Of a DNA stretch of 24,673 bases, positions 9,285 to 16,596 are shown piece by piece. The notes beneath the pieces are model-generated. The model worked only from the letters and a program-made list of their open reading frames with translations, did no database searches and had not been told where the DNA came from. Within the stretch, counting starts at the first letter, position 1. Each line of letters starts with the position of its first letter. The stretch is from a virus. Taxonomy: Duplodnaviria > Caudoviricetes. The stretch is taken from the IMG/VR virus record IMGVR_UViG_3300020042_013343, positions 1 to 24,673 of that record; one strand, written 5' to 3'. The position numbers and the translations under genes were made by a program.

Positions 9285-9357
9285 GGGGAGGGGGCGCAAG
9301 ACTACTCACCGAAGGTGTCACGCGCAATTTCTCCCAACCTTCCAGGTTGTTGGAGGT
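9285..9357 (+). other. GC-rich intergenic element with nested stems (candidate structured RNA)
   Basis: GGGAG/CTCCC, GCGC/GCGC, CACC-GAA-GGTG, plus a second hairpin at about 9337-9357. Confidence 0.4.
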
Positions 9358-9372
9358 AAAAATCTAAAACAT

Positions 9373-9567
9373 ATGAAGATAGAACAAGTAGAATTGTACA
9401 AGAAGAAGTATAAGGGAGTTAAAATAGCTTTCAACTCTAGAAAGGGTGTAGGAAGGATTATAGAAGGAATAGCTGTCCAGGTGGTAGAATCTCAGGGTCT
9501 TGTAATACTTAGAGACTATGATAACTTTCCTCATTGTATATCAATAATGACATTGGAAGAGATATGA
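9373..9567 (+). CDS. Hypothetical protein
   Basis: 64 aa; A-rich leader; ATGA coupling to mgsA. Confidence 0.65.
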   Translation: MKIEQVELYKKKYKGVKIAFNSRKGVGRIIEGIAVQVVESQGLVILRDYDNFPHCISIMTLEEI

Positions 9568-9941
9568 AACTAGCAGTTATAGCACATGATGGTAAGAAAG
9601 CAGACATGGTAGCTTTCATAATGAAAAGACTAGACTTCTTTAGTAGGGTAGAAATAATTGCTACAGGTACTACAGGAAAACATATTGAACATGCCGGATT
9701 AAAGGTACAATGCTTGAAGTCAGGCCCATTGGGAGGTGATGCACAAATTGCTTCTTTGATAGCAGATGGAGAGGTCAATGGAGTTATATTCTTTATTGAT
9801 CCATTGGATGTTCACCCACACCAGGTAGATGTACATATGTTACTTAGAATTTGTAATGTATATAACATTCCATTAGCAACCAATTACAAGACAGCAGTCT
9901 ATGTTATAAATGGATTAGAAACTAAATTGAATAAAAAATGA
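9564..9941 (+). CDS. mgsA: Methylglyoxal synthase (start revised to 9564)
   Basis: IAHDGKK, ATGTTG, SGPLGGDAQI, FFIDPL..HPH..DV and NIPLATN motifs. Confidence 0.93.
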   Translation: MKLAVIAHDGKKADMVAFIMKRLDFFSRVEIIATGTTGKHIEHAGLKVQCLKSGPLGGDAQIASLIADGEVNGVIFFIDPLDVHPHQVDVHMLLRICNVYNIPLATNYKTAVYVINGLETKLNKK

Positions 9942-10171
9942 CCGTAAAACAACTAATTGAAAGCCTAAGTAAGGTAGAAGACCAAGAGATAAGAGTAATG
10001 GTAAGAGGATATGAGAGAGGAGTAAAAGATATAGATAATAACACTCCAGCAATCATACACGTAGCGTTAGATGTAAATGAAGAATGGTACTATGGAAGAC
10101 ATGAAAGAGTAGATGATATAGATCCAAGTACTAGTAAACAATACCAAATAGTAAAGGCAATTATTCTATAG
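9938..10171 (+). CDS. Hypothetical protein
   Basis: 77 aa; starts MTVKQLIESL; overlap coupling. Confidence 0.7.
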   Translation: MTVKQLIESLSKVEDQEIRVMVRGYERGVKDIDNNTPAIIHVALDVNEEWYYGRHERVDDIDPSTSKQYQIVKAIIL

Positions 10172-10172
10172 T

Positions 10173-10448
10173 ATGCAAGTATGGGGTATAAATAAATTAA
10201 AAGATCCTAATTCAAATCATATCATAAGGAAGGTAGAGAAGAGAAGGGAACAATTACTACAAAGGGAACAAACTCCTAAAGTAATAAAGGAGTTAAAATA
10301 CCTAGAAGACAGAATGAAGATAGGAACAATGTTACTCAAAAGATGGCATGAAAACCATTTGGCAAACCGTTTGCAAAACCGTTTGCAAAACCGTTTCGCT
10401 AACCGTTTACATAACCAATTGAACAACCGATCCAACCAAACGAAATAA
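10173..10448 (+). CDS. Hypothetical protein whose C-terminus reads through the 12-bp repeats (xNRL)
   Basis: 91-aa ORF; the tail is derived from the tandem repeat. Confidence 0.45.
   Translation: MQVWGINKLKDPNSNHIIRKVEKRREQLLQREQTPKVIKELKYLEDRMKIGTMLLKRWHENHLANRLQNRLQNRFANRLHNQLNNRSNQTK
10350..10433 (+). repeat. Tandem 12-bp repeat block 1 (7 copies, nnnAACCRwtyn)
   Basis: gaaaaccatttg, gcaaaccgtttg, caaaaccgtttg, caaaaccgtttc, gctaaccgttta, cataaccaattg, aacaaccgatcc. Confidence 0.9.
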
Positions 10449-10510
10449 GGGGAGAGATACGGGTATAATTGCTGAGAAACACATACAAATTGCTAGGGAG
10501 ATCTCAAAAT

Positions 10511-10532
10511 GAAACGTTTGCAAAACCGATTG
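10511..10532 (+). repeat. Isolated pair of the same repeat
   Basis: GAAACGTTTGCAAAACCGATTG. Confidence 0.6.
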
Positions 10533-10692
10533 AAAGTATACAAAGTACATAGTACTAGGTAATACATAATACTATATGACATAAGGTAATGCGTATAAAA
10601 TGGGTAGGGATAGGTGGAATAAAATTAGTAATTAATTGTCTCGTGTCCTCCTCTCTAAACAAATTTGTATATAGGACCTTGGATCCTCCCTT

Positions 10693-10878
10693 AGAACCGT
10701 TTAAAAACACCTAAGAAACCTTCCACAAAACCGATTGGAAAACCGATCTGTAAACCGTTTAGCAAACCGATCACAAAACCGATTGGGGAACCGTTTGGAA
10801 AACCGACTAGCAAACCGTTTGGTGAACCGATCCGTAAACCGTTTGGAAAACTGATTTGGCTAACCGATCTGGAAAACA
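10693..10878 (+). repeat. Tandem 12-bp repeat block 2 (12 copies in strict phase plus flanking copies)
   Basis: AAC(C/T) every 12 nt from 10717 to 10849; extra copies at 10695 and 10862. Confidence 0.92.
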
Positions 10879-10964
10879 AACTGACAACCCTAACAAAAAA
10901 TAAATTAAAAAAAAGTTGCACCGTAGGGAAAAAAGCAGTATCTTTAGGAACTAAAGACAAACAT

Positions 10965-11180
10965 ATGACACATACTCAGGATCTAAACACAGTAATAGGA
11001 AAAGATTGTTCGTGTAATCAATCTCCTACCCTAAGGGCCAAATTAATCTCAGTAGGGAAATATAAAAGTATTGTAGAGGTTAGGCCCACTATGTATAATA
11101 GAGCTCAGTGGAGTAATGCTCACGTAGGGCAAAAAATTACCCTGGACAATTCAATTATTCACAACATGTATTTTTTTTAG
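10965..11180 (+). CDS. Hypothetical protein
   Basis: 71 aa, directly after the 10916 promoter. Confidence 0.7.
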   Translation: MTHTQDLNTVIGKDCSCNQSPTLRAKLISVGKYKSIVEVRPTMYNRAQWSNAHVGQKITLDNSIIHNMYFF

Positions 11181-11184
11181 TACT

Positions 11185-11346
11185 ATGAAAACAATTCAAA
11201 TAACCCTTCAGGAAAGGTGGGCCGCTTCCCAGCACAAAATCCACAAATCAAAAAAAACCTACGACAGGAAAGACAAACATAAAAAAAGAGGATCCCAAAA
11301 GGATCCTTTTTGTTTTTACTTAAATCTTTACTTTCAGTTAAACTAA
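11185..11346 (+). CDS. ArfA-like small basic protein (53 aa; not in the track)
   Basis: MKTIQITLQERWAASQHKIHKSKKTYDRKDKHKKRGSQKDPFCFYLNLYFQLN*; KxxYxRKxKH motif; terminator inside the ORF. Confidence 0.5.
   Translation: MKTIQITLQERWAASQHKIHKSKKTYDRKDKHKKRGSQKDPFCFYLNLYFQLN
11281..11317. terminator. Bidirectional intrinsic terminator
   Basis: A7-G-AGGATCC-CAAAA-GGATCCT-TTTTGTTTTT. Confidence 0.8.
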
Positions 11347-11396
11347 AGCTTTCAGTTAAAGTGTTGATGGAAGTGAAAGTATTGCTTTCAGTTAAA
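11331..11396. repeat. 3 x CTTTCAGTTAAA
   Basis: Exact copies at 11331, 11349 and 11385; degenerate copy at about 11403. Confidence 0.85.
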
Positions 11397-11491
11397 CCTT
11401 TACTTTAAGTAACGAGTGTGGAGCGCTGTCCGGTCTACTCTTCCGAATCTCTCGATCCAGGCCCCTGTCGCATCTCTGCTTTTTCAATACC

Positions 11492-11522
11492 TAAAGATAC
11501 TACCAAAAAACTTCATATGCAA
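11492..11522 (-). promoter_or_regulatory. Minus-strand copy of the array promoter
   Basis: Reverse complement reads TTG-catatgaagttttttggtag-TATCTTTA-GGTAT (20-nt spacer). Confidence 0.8.
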
Positions 11523-11635
11523 CAGTTTGGTAAAAATAATTGTTATTTATATTGATTCTAAATTACCCTTACCTGTTGACCCGTATACCCAAAAGCAGTA
11601 TCTTTACCTCATTAATAATTAAAACGACAAACATC

Positions 11636-12031
11636 ATGATCAACGTTATTAAAAATTTATCGGTAGTACATTACATTGGAGAAAGTAAAGGGTTATTTCA
11701 GGCAGTAGTAAAAGTGCCTGCAGGGTTTATGGTAGCATATGAAATAGGATCTGACATCCCTTCTCTTAATACTTGGAAGAAAGGATCGCTACAAACTTTA
11801 CAATTCAAAAGAGAAGGATCAGCAGCTTGGCTTACAGTATTCGCTAGAAAGGGTAATAAGGTTATTTTAATTGATCAGGCAATTGCTGAGAAATTAGAAG
11901 TAGGAGTAGTTAATTCTTTATTCTACAATACAAACTTAATGGATCACAATCAGTATAAAGCAGTAGGGGCTAGAACTTGGGCTGACAAAGTATTTGTGGT
12001 CAATGAAAATAATTTAGAAAAAGTTGTATAA
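11636..12031 (+). CDS. Hypothetical protein (start revised from 11540)
   Basis: ATG 11636 follows the conserved promoter and leader. Confidence 0.8.
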   Translation: MINVIKNLSVVHYIGESKGLFQAVVKVPAGFMVAYEIGSDIPSLNTWKKGSLQTLQFKREGSAAWLTVFARKGNKVILIDQAIAEKLEVGVVNSLFYNTNLMDHNQYKAVGARTWADKVFVVNENNLEKVV

Positions 12032-12093
12032 AAAGTTGCAAGTAAAGTAAAAAAATAGTATCTTCGCACCATTAATAATTAAAACAATATAAT

Positions 12094-12312
12094 ATGTCAA
12101 AGGAATTTATGAATAACAGAGAGGTTAGGATAACTCAGGAAGGACAAAATGTATTTAGGTTTATTGCAGAGTTATTAAATAACAAGGAATTTGATATTAA
12201 CGGACCTATAACAGATACTTACTTACATGAGGTAGGATGGTTTGTAGGGTTGAGTATTGAAAAAAGGAATAGGGTAATTAAATTCCTTTTATCTAATAAT
12301 TTATTGGAATAA
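12094..12312 (+). CDS. Hypothetical cassette protein
   Basis: 72 aa, after the conserved leader. Confidence 0.75.
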   Translation: MSKEFMNNREVRITQEGQNVFRFIAELLNNKEFDINGPITDTYLHEVGWFVGLSIEKRNRVIKFLLSNNLLE

Positions 12313-12374
12313 AAGTTGCTTCGTATTACTTAAAGCAGGATCTTTAGGTATCAATAATTAAAACAATATAGGTT

Positions 12375-12500
12375 ATGAAAAAAGTTGTACTACAGGGAAT
12401 TACTTACTACGAAGTAAGTTTAGGAGGAGTTTGTTACATGTCCTTCAATCCTCAGGAATTAGTTGTTAGAATGGCACAAGCAAATTTATCTTTAAATTAA
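12375..12500 (+). CDS. Small hypothetical protein (41 aa; not in the track)
   Basis: MKKVVLQGITYYEVSLGGVCYMSFNPQELVVRMAQANLSLN* directly after the conserved leader. Confidence 0.7.
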   Translation: MKKVVLQGITYYEVSLGGVCYMSFNPQELVVRMAQANLSLN

Positions 12501-12506
12501 TTAGTT

Positions 12507-12671
12507 ATGAAAAAGAATTTATCAGTACTATTAGTCGTTACCATGTTTGCAATACTAACATCAGGTTTTGCACTTATGCCCTCAACCTGGGGGTTATTTT
12601 TAAAAGGGTTTGCAGTTTCTTTTTGTTTTTGGGCCTTAATGTTAGCTCCAGCATTTTCTACTGAAAAATAA
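12507..12671 (+). CDS. Small 2-TM membrane protein (54 aa; not in the track)
   Basis: MKKNLSVLLVVTMFAILTSGFALMPSTWGLFLKGFAVSFCFWALMLAPAFSTEK*. Confidence 0.65.
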   Translation: MKKNLSVLLVVTMFAILTSGFALMPSTWGLFLKGFAVSFCFWALMLAPAFSTEK

Positions 12672-12742
12672 TTGTAGAAAAAGTTGCACCGTATTATCTT
12701 TTACAGTATCTTTAGGTATTAATAATTAAAACAGATAAAAAT

Positions 12743-13003
12743 ATGAAAAGTTTAGATCAAGTTAACATTGAGGATATTACCTCAGACAAGAAGTATTTGT
12801 TAGTAGTTTCATTGTATGAAAGATATGGTGATGGAGGAACAGAATCTTACATAGGGACAGGAGATGAAGTTATTGAAGAGATCAAACAAATCTTTGGTTG
12901 GGAAGAGGGAGGAGAAGATGGAGAAGATGATGATTGGGCAGGATTTGTTGAAGAAAGAAATGGTGATGGAGATGATTACGTTGAAGTATTTGAAGTTGAA
13001 TAA
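12743..13003 (+). CDS. Highly acidic small protein
   Basis: About 27 of 86 residues D/E by hand count; conserved leader. Confidence 0.8.
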   Translation: MKSLDQVNIEDITSDKKYLLVVSLYERYGDGGTESYIGTGDEVIEEIKQIFGWEEGGEDGEDDDWAGFVEERNGDGDDYVEVFEVE

Positions 13004-13018
13004 ATTTTAAAAAAGTTT

Positions 13019-13047
13019 AGCGAGACTGTTGTCTCGCTTTACTTTAA
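13019..13047 (+). terminator. Terminator hairpin fused to the promoter
   Basis: AGCGAGAC-TGTT-GTCTCGCT followed by TTACTTT. Confidence 0.7.
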
Positions 13048-13088
13048 TCAGTATCTTTAGGTATCAATAATTAAAATAACAAAACATC

Positions 13089-13694
13089 ATGAGAGTAGTA
13101 GAAACAAAAGTTTACACATTCGAGGAATTATCAGCAACTGCTAAAGAGGTTGCAATCGAAAATCACAGAGACGTCAATACGTATGATGGTTGGTGGGAGC
13201 CTATCTTTGAAGGTATCACAGAGGAAGCAGAGCAAGCAGGATTCCATGTAGGGAATATTTACTTCTCAGGATTTTGGTCTCAGGGAGACGGAGCAATGTT
13301 TGAATACACTACCTTAGGGGATACATTACTAAATAAATTTGTAGATCAGTTGGATCTATCACCTCTAAGAAAGGAATGGTTGAGATCTCAGACATTTGCT
13401 CAAGGTAGAGGTGATCACTCAGGACATTACTATCACGAGAATTGTTGTAGTCATGTTATTGATTTTGAATCTAACTTTGGTTACAATTTCGCTAATATTA
13501 ATTTTTATAATTGGATTAATAGTTTTGCAGATCAGTATGAGGAGTTTGTGATTGCTGAGTACAAATCATTGTGTAGAGAATTGTATAGTAGGTTGAGTAA
13601 GTACAACGACGAACTTACTTCGGATCAGGAAGTTGCTGATACTATTATAATGAATGAATGGGAATTTGATGAGGATGGCAATAATTTTCATTAA
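13089..13694 (+). CDS. FSGFWSQGxGA / HYYHE family protein (paralog 1)
   Basis: Motifs recalled from an uncharacterised phage/ICE family often auto-annotated 'antitoxin of toxin-antitoxin stability system'. Confidence 0.7.
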   Translation: MRVVETKVYTFEELSATAKEVAIENHRDVNTYDGWWEPIFEGITEEAEQAGFHVGNIYFSGFWSQGDGAMFEYTTLGDTLLNKFVDQLDLSPLRKEWLRSQTFAQGRGDHSGHYYHENCCSHVIDFESNFGYNFANINFYNWINSFADQYEEFVIAEYKSLCRELYSRLSKYNDELTSDQEVADTIIMNEWEFDEDGNNFH

Positions 13695-13759
13695 AAAAGT
13701 TGCACCGTATTATCTTTTTCAGTATCTTTAGGTATTAATAATTAAAACAACAAAAAGTT

Positions 13760-13981
13760 ATGGAAAATTTAAAACAGATTGAGGATTTTGTTAAATCATT
13801 TGAAACAATGAATATTGATTTTGATGATTGTGATTCTTTTGAAGATTTTAAACAAGAAGGAATTGAAGAACTTGATTCTTATTTACAAGAGGATTTTGGA
13901 ATAAGTTATGAAGATCTTGATGAAACTTTAAAAAAGAATTTCATTAAGTTATTAAGAAGAGATTGGAATGAGTATTTTTAA
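13760..13981 (+). CDS. Highly acidic small protein
   Basis: About 22 of 73 residues D/E; conserved leader. Confidence 0.8.
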   Translation: MENLKQIEDFVKSFETMNIDFDDCDSFEDFKQEGIEELDSYLQEDFGISYEDLDETLKKNFIKLLRRDWNEYF

Positions 13982-13994
13982 TTAAAAAAAGTTG

Positions 13995-14025
13995 GTGAGA
14001 CTGTTGTCTCACTTTCTTTTTCTTT
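13995..14025 (+). terminator. Terminator hairpin fused to the promoter
   Basis: GTGAGAC-TGTT-GTCTCAC followed by TTTCTTTTT. Confidence 0.75.
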
Positions 14026-14060
14026 GTATCTTTAAGTATTAATAATTAAAACAATAAGTT

Positions 14061-14288
14061 ATGGCAAATTTAGTACAAACAATCGTAGAGAAGTTGACTA
14101 CAGACTTTCAAGGTAAGTTGAATTGTGAAGAACAACGAGCAGATCTATTTGCATATGTTGATGGTGAAGAAAAGAAGATAGTTGAAGTGACTACTGAGAA
14201 GGTGTATTTTGAGGGAGATAGTTTAGGTGTTGATTTGTATGATGTTGATGTACATACGTTAGCTTATCTTAATGAAATTTTAAGTTAA
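14061..14288 (+). CDS. Hypothetical cassette protein (acidic)
   Basis: 75 aa; conserved leader. Confidence 0.78.
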   Translation: MANLVQTIVEKLTTDFQGKLNCEEQRADLFAYVDGEEKKIVEVTTEKVYFEGDSLGVDLYDVDVHTLAYLNEILS

Positions 14289-14350
14289 AAAAGTTGCACC
14301 GTATCATCTTTTTCAGTATCTTTAAGTATTAATAATTAAAACAACAAATC

Positions 14351-14644
14351 ATGTCAAGAAAAATCACAGAGGAATCAATTCAGAATTTTTACAACAGAGC
14401 AAAGTTCAACAAGTCTAATATGTCAGTTGAGATCACAGACGAGGGCTTCCCATTACTAAAACTTCATGGCAATACAATTGCAGGAAGAGATTATAAAGGA
14501 CTTTGGATCACTGATGCTGGTTGGCCTACCAGAACAACATTCGAAAGATTGAATGGCCTAAATGATGTAAGCATCTATACAAAGAGAGGTCAAGTGTATT
14601 TGAATGGTGAGGAATGGGATGGAGAAAAAGTTTATATTAATTAG
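14351..14644 (+). CDS. Phage hypothetical protein (LHGNxIA...GWxTxTTxxRLN type)
   Basis: Motif recalled from uncharacterised phage proteins; conserved leader. Confidence 0.75.
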   Translation: MSRKITEESIQNFYNRAKFNKSNMSVEITDEGFPLLKLHGNTIAGRDYKGLWITDAGWPTRTTFERLNGLNDVSIYTKRGQVYLNGEEWDGEKVYIN

Positions 14645-14655
14645 AAAAAAAATAG

Positions 14656-14683
14656 GCGAGACTGTTGTCTCGCTTTTGTTTTT
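14656..14683 (+). terminator. Terminator hairpin fused to the promoter
   Basis: GCGAGAC-TGTT-GTCTCGC followed by TTTTGTTTTT. Confidence 0.78.
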
Positions 14684-14721
14684 ATAGTATCTTTAGGTAT
14701 TAATAATTAAAACAACAAAAT

Positions 14722-14979
14722 ATGAAAAATTCAGTTACTTCAGAAGTTAAAAGTATTGTTAAGGAATTAGGATTAACTTGGTTTCATGCTTATTCTGACA
14801 ATCGTGTAAAAAATAGTGTAGGGGTTAAGTTGGTTGGAACTTACTTGACTGACGATCAGAAGCAAGTTGTTAAGCAGAAAATGATCGACAAAGGTTTTGG
14901 CTTTCGTTATATCAGAGAAAATGCAAATGGTTGGAGGGGAGATTGTAATGGGACTAGGTTTTGTTTTATTAGAAAATAA
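14722..14979 (+). CDS. Hypothetical cassette protein (basic)
   Basis: 85 aa; conserved leader. Confidence 0.78.
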   Translation: MKNSVTSEVKSIVKELGLTWFHAYSDNRVKNSVGVKLVGTYLTDDQKQVVKQKMIDKGFGFRYIRENANGWRGDCNGTRFCFIRK

Positions 14980-15061
14980 TTTAAAAATAATCGGAGAAAG
15001 TGTTGCATATTAAATTCTTTCTCCGTATCTTTAGGTATCAATAATTAAAACAATAAAAGTT

Positions 15062-15292
15062 ATGGAAAATTTACAAATTACTAAAACAAAACCAGAAGCA
15101 GTATCTTTTTTAGAAGAACAAGGTTATTTACAAGATGTAATAGCAGATATTGAAGGTTTAGATGAAAAAGAACAGATAGGTGTTATTCATGATTGGTTAA
15201 ATGATGTTGATGATTTTTATGAATTGGGTAATTCTTTTGAGATGCTTAATAAACATGCAAAACAAGTTTATAAGTATCTAAAAAATAATTAA
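15062..15292 (+). CDS. Hypothetical cassette protein (acidic)
   Basis: 76 aa; conserved leader. Confidence 0.78.
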   Translation: MENLQITKTKPEAVSFLEEQGYLQDVIADIEGLDEKEQIGVIHDWLNDVDDFYELGNSFEMLNKHAKQVYKYLKNN

Positions 15293-15359
15293 TAAAAAAG
15301 TTGCTTCGTATTACTTAATTCACTATCTTTAGGTATCAATAATTAAAACAATAAAAGTT

Positions 15360-15914
15360 ATGGGTTACTCAACAATGTTAATGGGCAAAGGTTTTGACCA
15401 GCCAAGAAATTCAGTTAAACAAATTATCGAATTTTTAACTAATAATCCAGATCAAACAGAAACTGAGATTCAAGAAAAAGTTTGGGGCTATTACAGATAC
15501 GCTCACAGACAATTAGAGTCGAATAAAAAATATGCAGATCTATTGAGACGAGCTGTCGCTAAGGGTTTAATATGTCGAATTGAGAAAAAGAAAAATCAAA
15601 GTCGATTTGTTTATAGTGTTGCATCTCTAGTAGTTGACAAAGTTGAAGTGGTTGAAAACACTATACAAAATGTTATTGTAATTCCAAGACCTCTTGGTCG
15701 TTTAACTTTGTCAGTAGATGAAGTTACACAATTGTATAATGATAAATTTCTGATCGATAGTATTTTGTTAATGGTCATTAATGGTGACGATACTTGGGAG
15801 AATGAATTTGAAGTTGAGTTTAACAGACAAGACGCTAGAGAGTTTCTTACTGAGTATTTCAGTAATACAAATTACGATCAAAATTTTATTAAAAAAGTTT
15901 TGGAAAAACTTTAG
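15360..15914 (+). CDS. Putative winged-helix domain protein
   Basis: IIEFLTNNPDQTETEIQEKV...LLRRAVAKGLICRIE...RFVYSV has a wHTH-like pattern. Confidence 0.55.
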   Translation: MGYSTMLMGKGFDQPRNSVKQIIEFLTNNPDQTETEIQEKVWGYYRYAHRQLESNKKYADLLRRAVAKGLICRIEKKKNQSRFVYSVASLVVDKVEVVENTIQNVIVIPRPLGRLTLSVDEVTQLYNDKFLIDSILLMVINGDDTWENEFEVEFNRQDAREFLTEYFSNTNYDQNFIKKVLEKL

Positions 15915-15981
15915 AAAAATGTTGTCTTGTATTATTAAAAAGAGTATCTTTAGGTATCAATAATTAAAACAATATAAAATC

Positions 15982-16290
15982 ATGGCTAAAAAAACTTATC
16001 AGGACACTTACGGGACATCATTTCAAGGAGTTGTAATTCAAGCGACTGTTGATCAATTAACTAAAATCTTTGGTGAACCTTACGATAATAATACGGGTGA
16101 GGATAAAGTGAATTTCGAATGGGAAATGGAAACTGACGAAGGGGAAGTATTTACAATTTACGATTGGAAAAATTATCGTCCTTTGAGATCTGATGAAATT
16201 GTAACGTGGCATATTGGAGCTAAATCGAGAAGTATTGCAAGTGATGCAAGTTATGAAATTTTAAGAGAATTAGGAAATTTTGTTGATTAA
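15982..16290 (+). CDS. Phage hypothetical protein (GTSxQG...FGEP...DKVxxEW...TIYDWK type)
   Basis: Motif recalled from uncharacterised phage proteins; conserved leader. Confidence 0.75.
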   Translation: MAKKTYQDTYGTSFQGVVIQATVDQLTKIFGEPYDNNTGEDKVNFEWEMETDEGEVFTIYDWKNYRPLRSDEIVTWHIGAKSRSIASDASYEILRELGNFVD

Positions 16291-16348
16291 ATGTTGCTTC
16301 GTATTAGTTAAAGGAGTATCTTTAAGTATTAATAATTAAAACAGCAAT

Positions 16349-16531
16349 ATGGAAAAAGTATTTGTAAAAGTAGTTGACACAGTTGGGTTGTCACAAGAAA
16401 CTATCAGTAAGATTGAAAATCAGATGGAATACTTAGGTACTGAGGTAGTAAATGAAACTACGTTCTGTGTCCTTGCAAATAGTAAGCAGGAAATAATAAA
16501 AATATTTGACTTCAGATTAAACTTTTTGTAG
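16349..16531 (+). CDS. Hypothetical cassette protein
   Basis: 60 aa; conserved leader. Confidence 0.72.
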   Translation: MEKVFVKVVDTVGLSQETISKIENQMEYLGTEVVNETTFCVLANSKQEIIKIFDFRLNFL

Positions 16532-16596
16532 AAAAAGTTGCTTCGTATTATTAAAAAGAGTATCTTTAAGTATTAATAATTAAAACATATAACAAC

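Larger units (their letters stand above)
11281..11487 (-). ncRNA. Candidate ~200-nt small RNA
   Basis: Own minus-strand promoter, terminator at its 3' end, no sizeable ORF noticed, GNRA hairpin and 3 internal repeats. Confidence 0.55.

Noticed and set aside
9285-9357. tRNA gene in the GC-rich patch (also considered 11417-11465)
   Set aside because: No cloverleaf, no GTTCRA T-loop and no CCA end
10691-10960. Minus-strand 89-aa ORF with 4-residue GFP/GLL/GSP repeats (also 10217-10435)
   Set aside because: Stop-free reading of the 12-bp tandem repeat; it crosses the plus-strand promoter and has no leader
11331-11396. CTTTCAGTTAAA repeats as a mini-CRISPR
   Set aside because: The repeat is only 12 bp and the gaps are 6 and 24 nt
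11416-11622. Plus-strand 68-aa ORF and the 11540 start
   Set aside because: They span two back-to-back promoters with non-ATG starts; the real start is likely 11636
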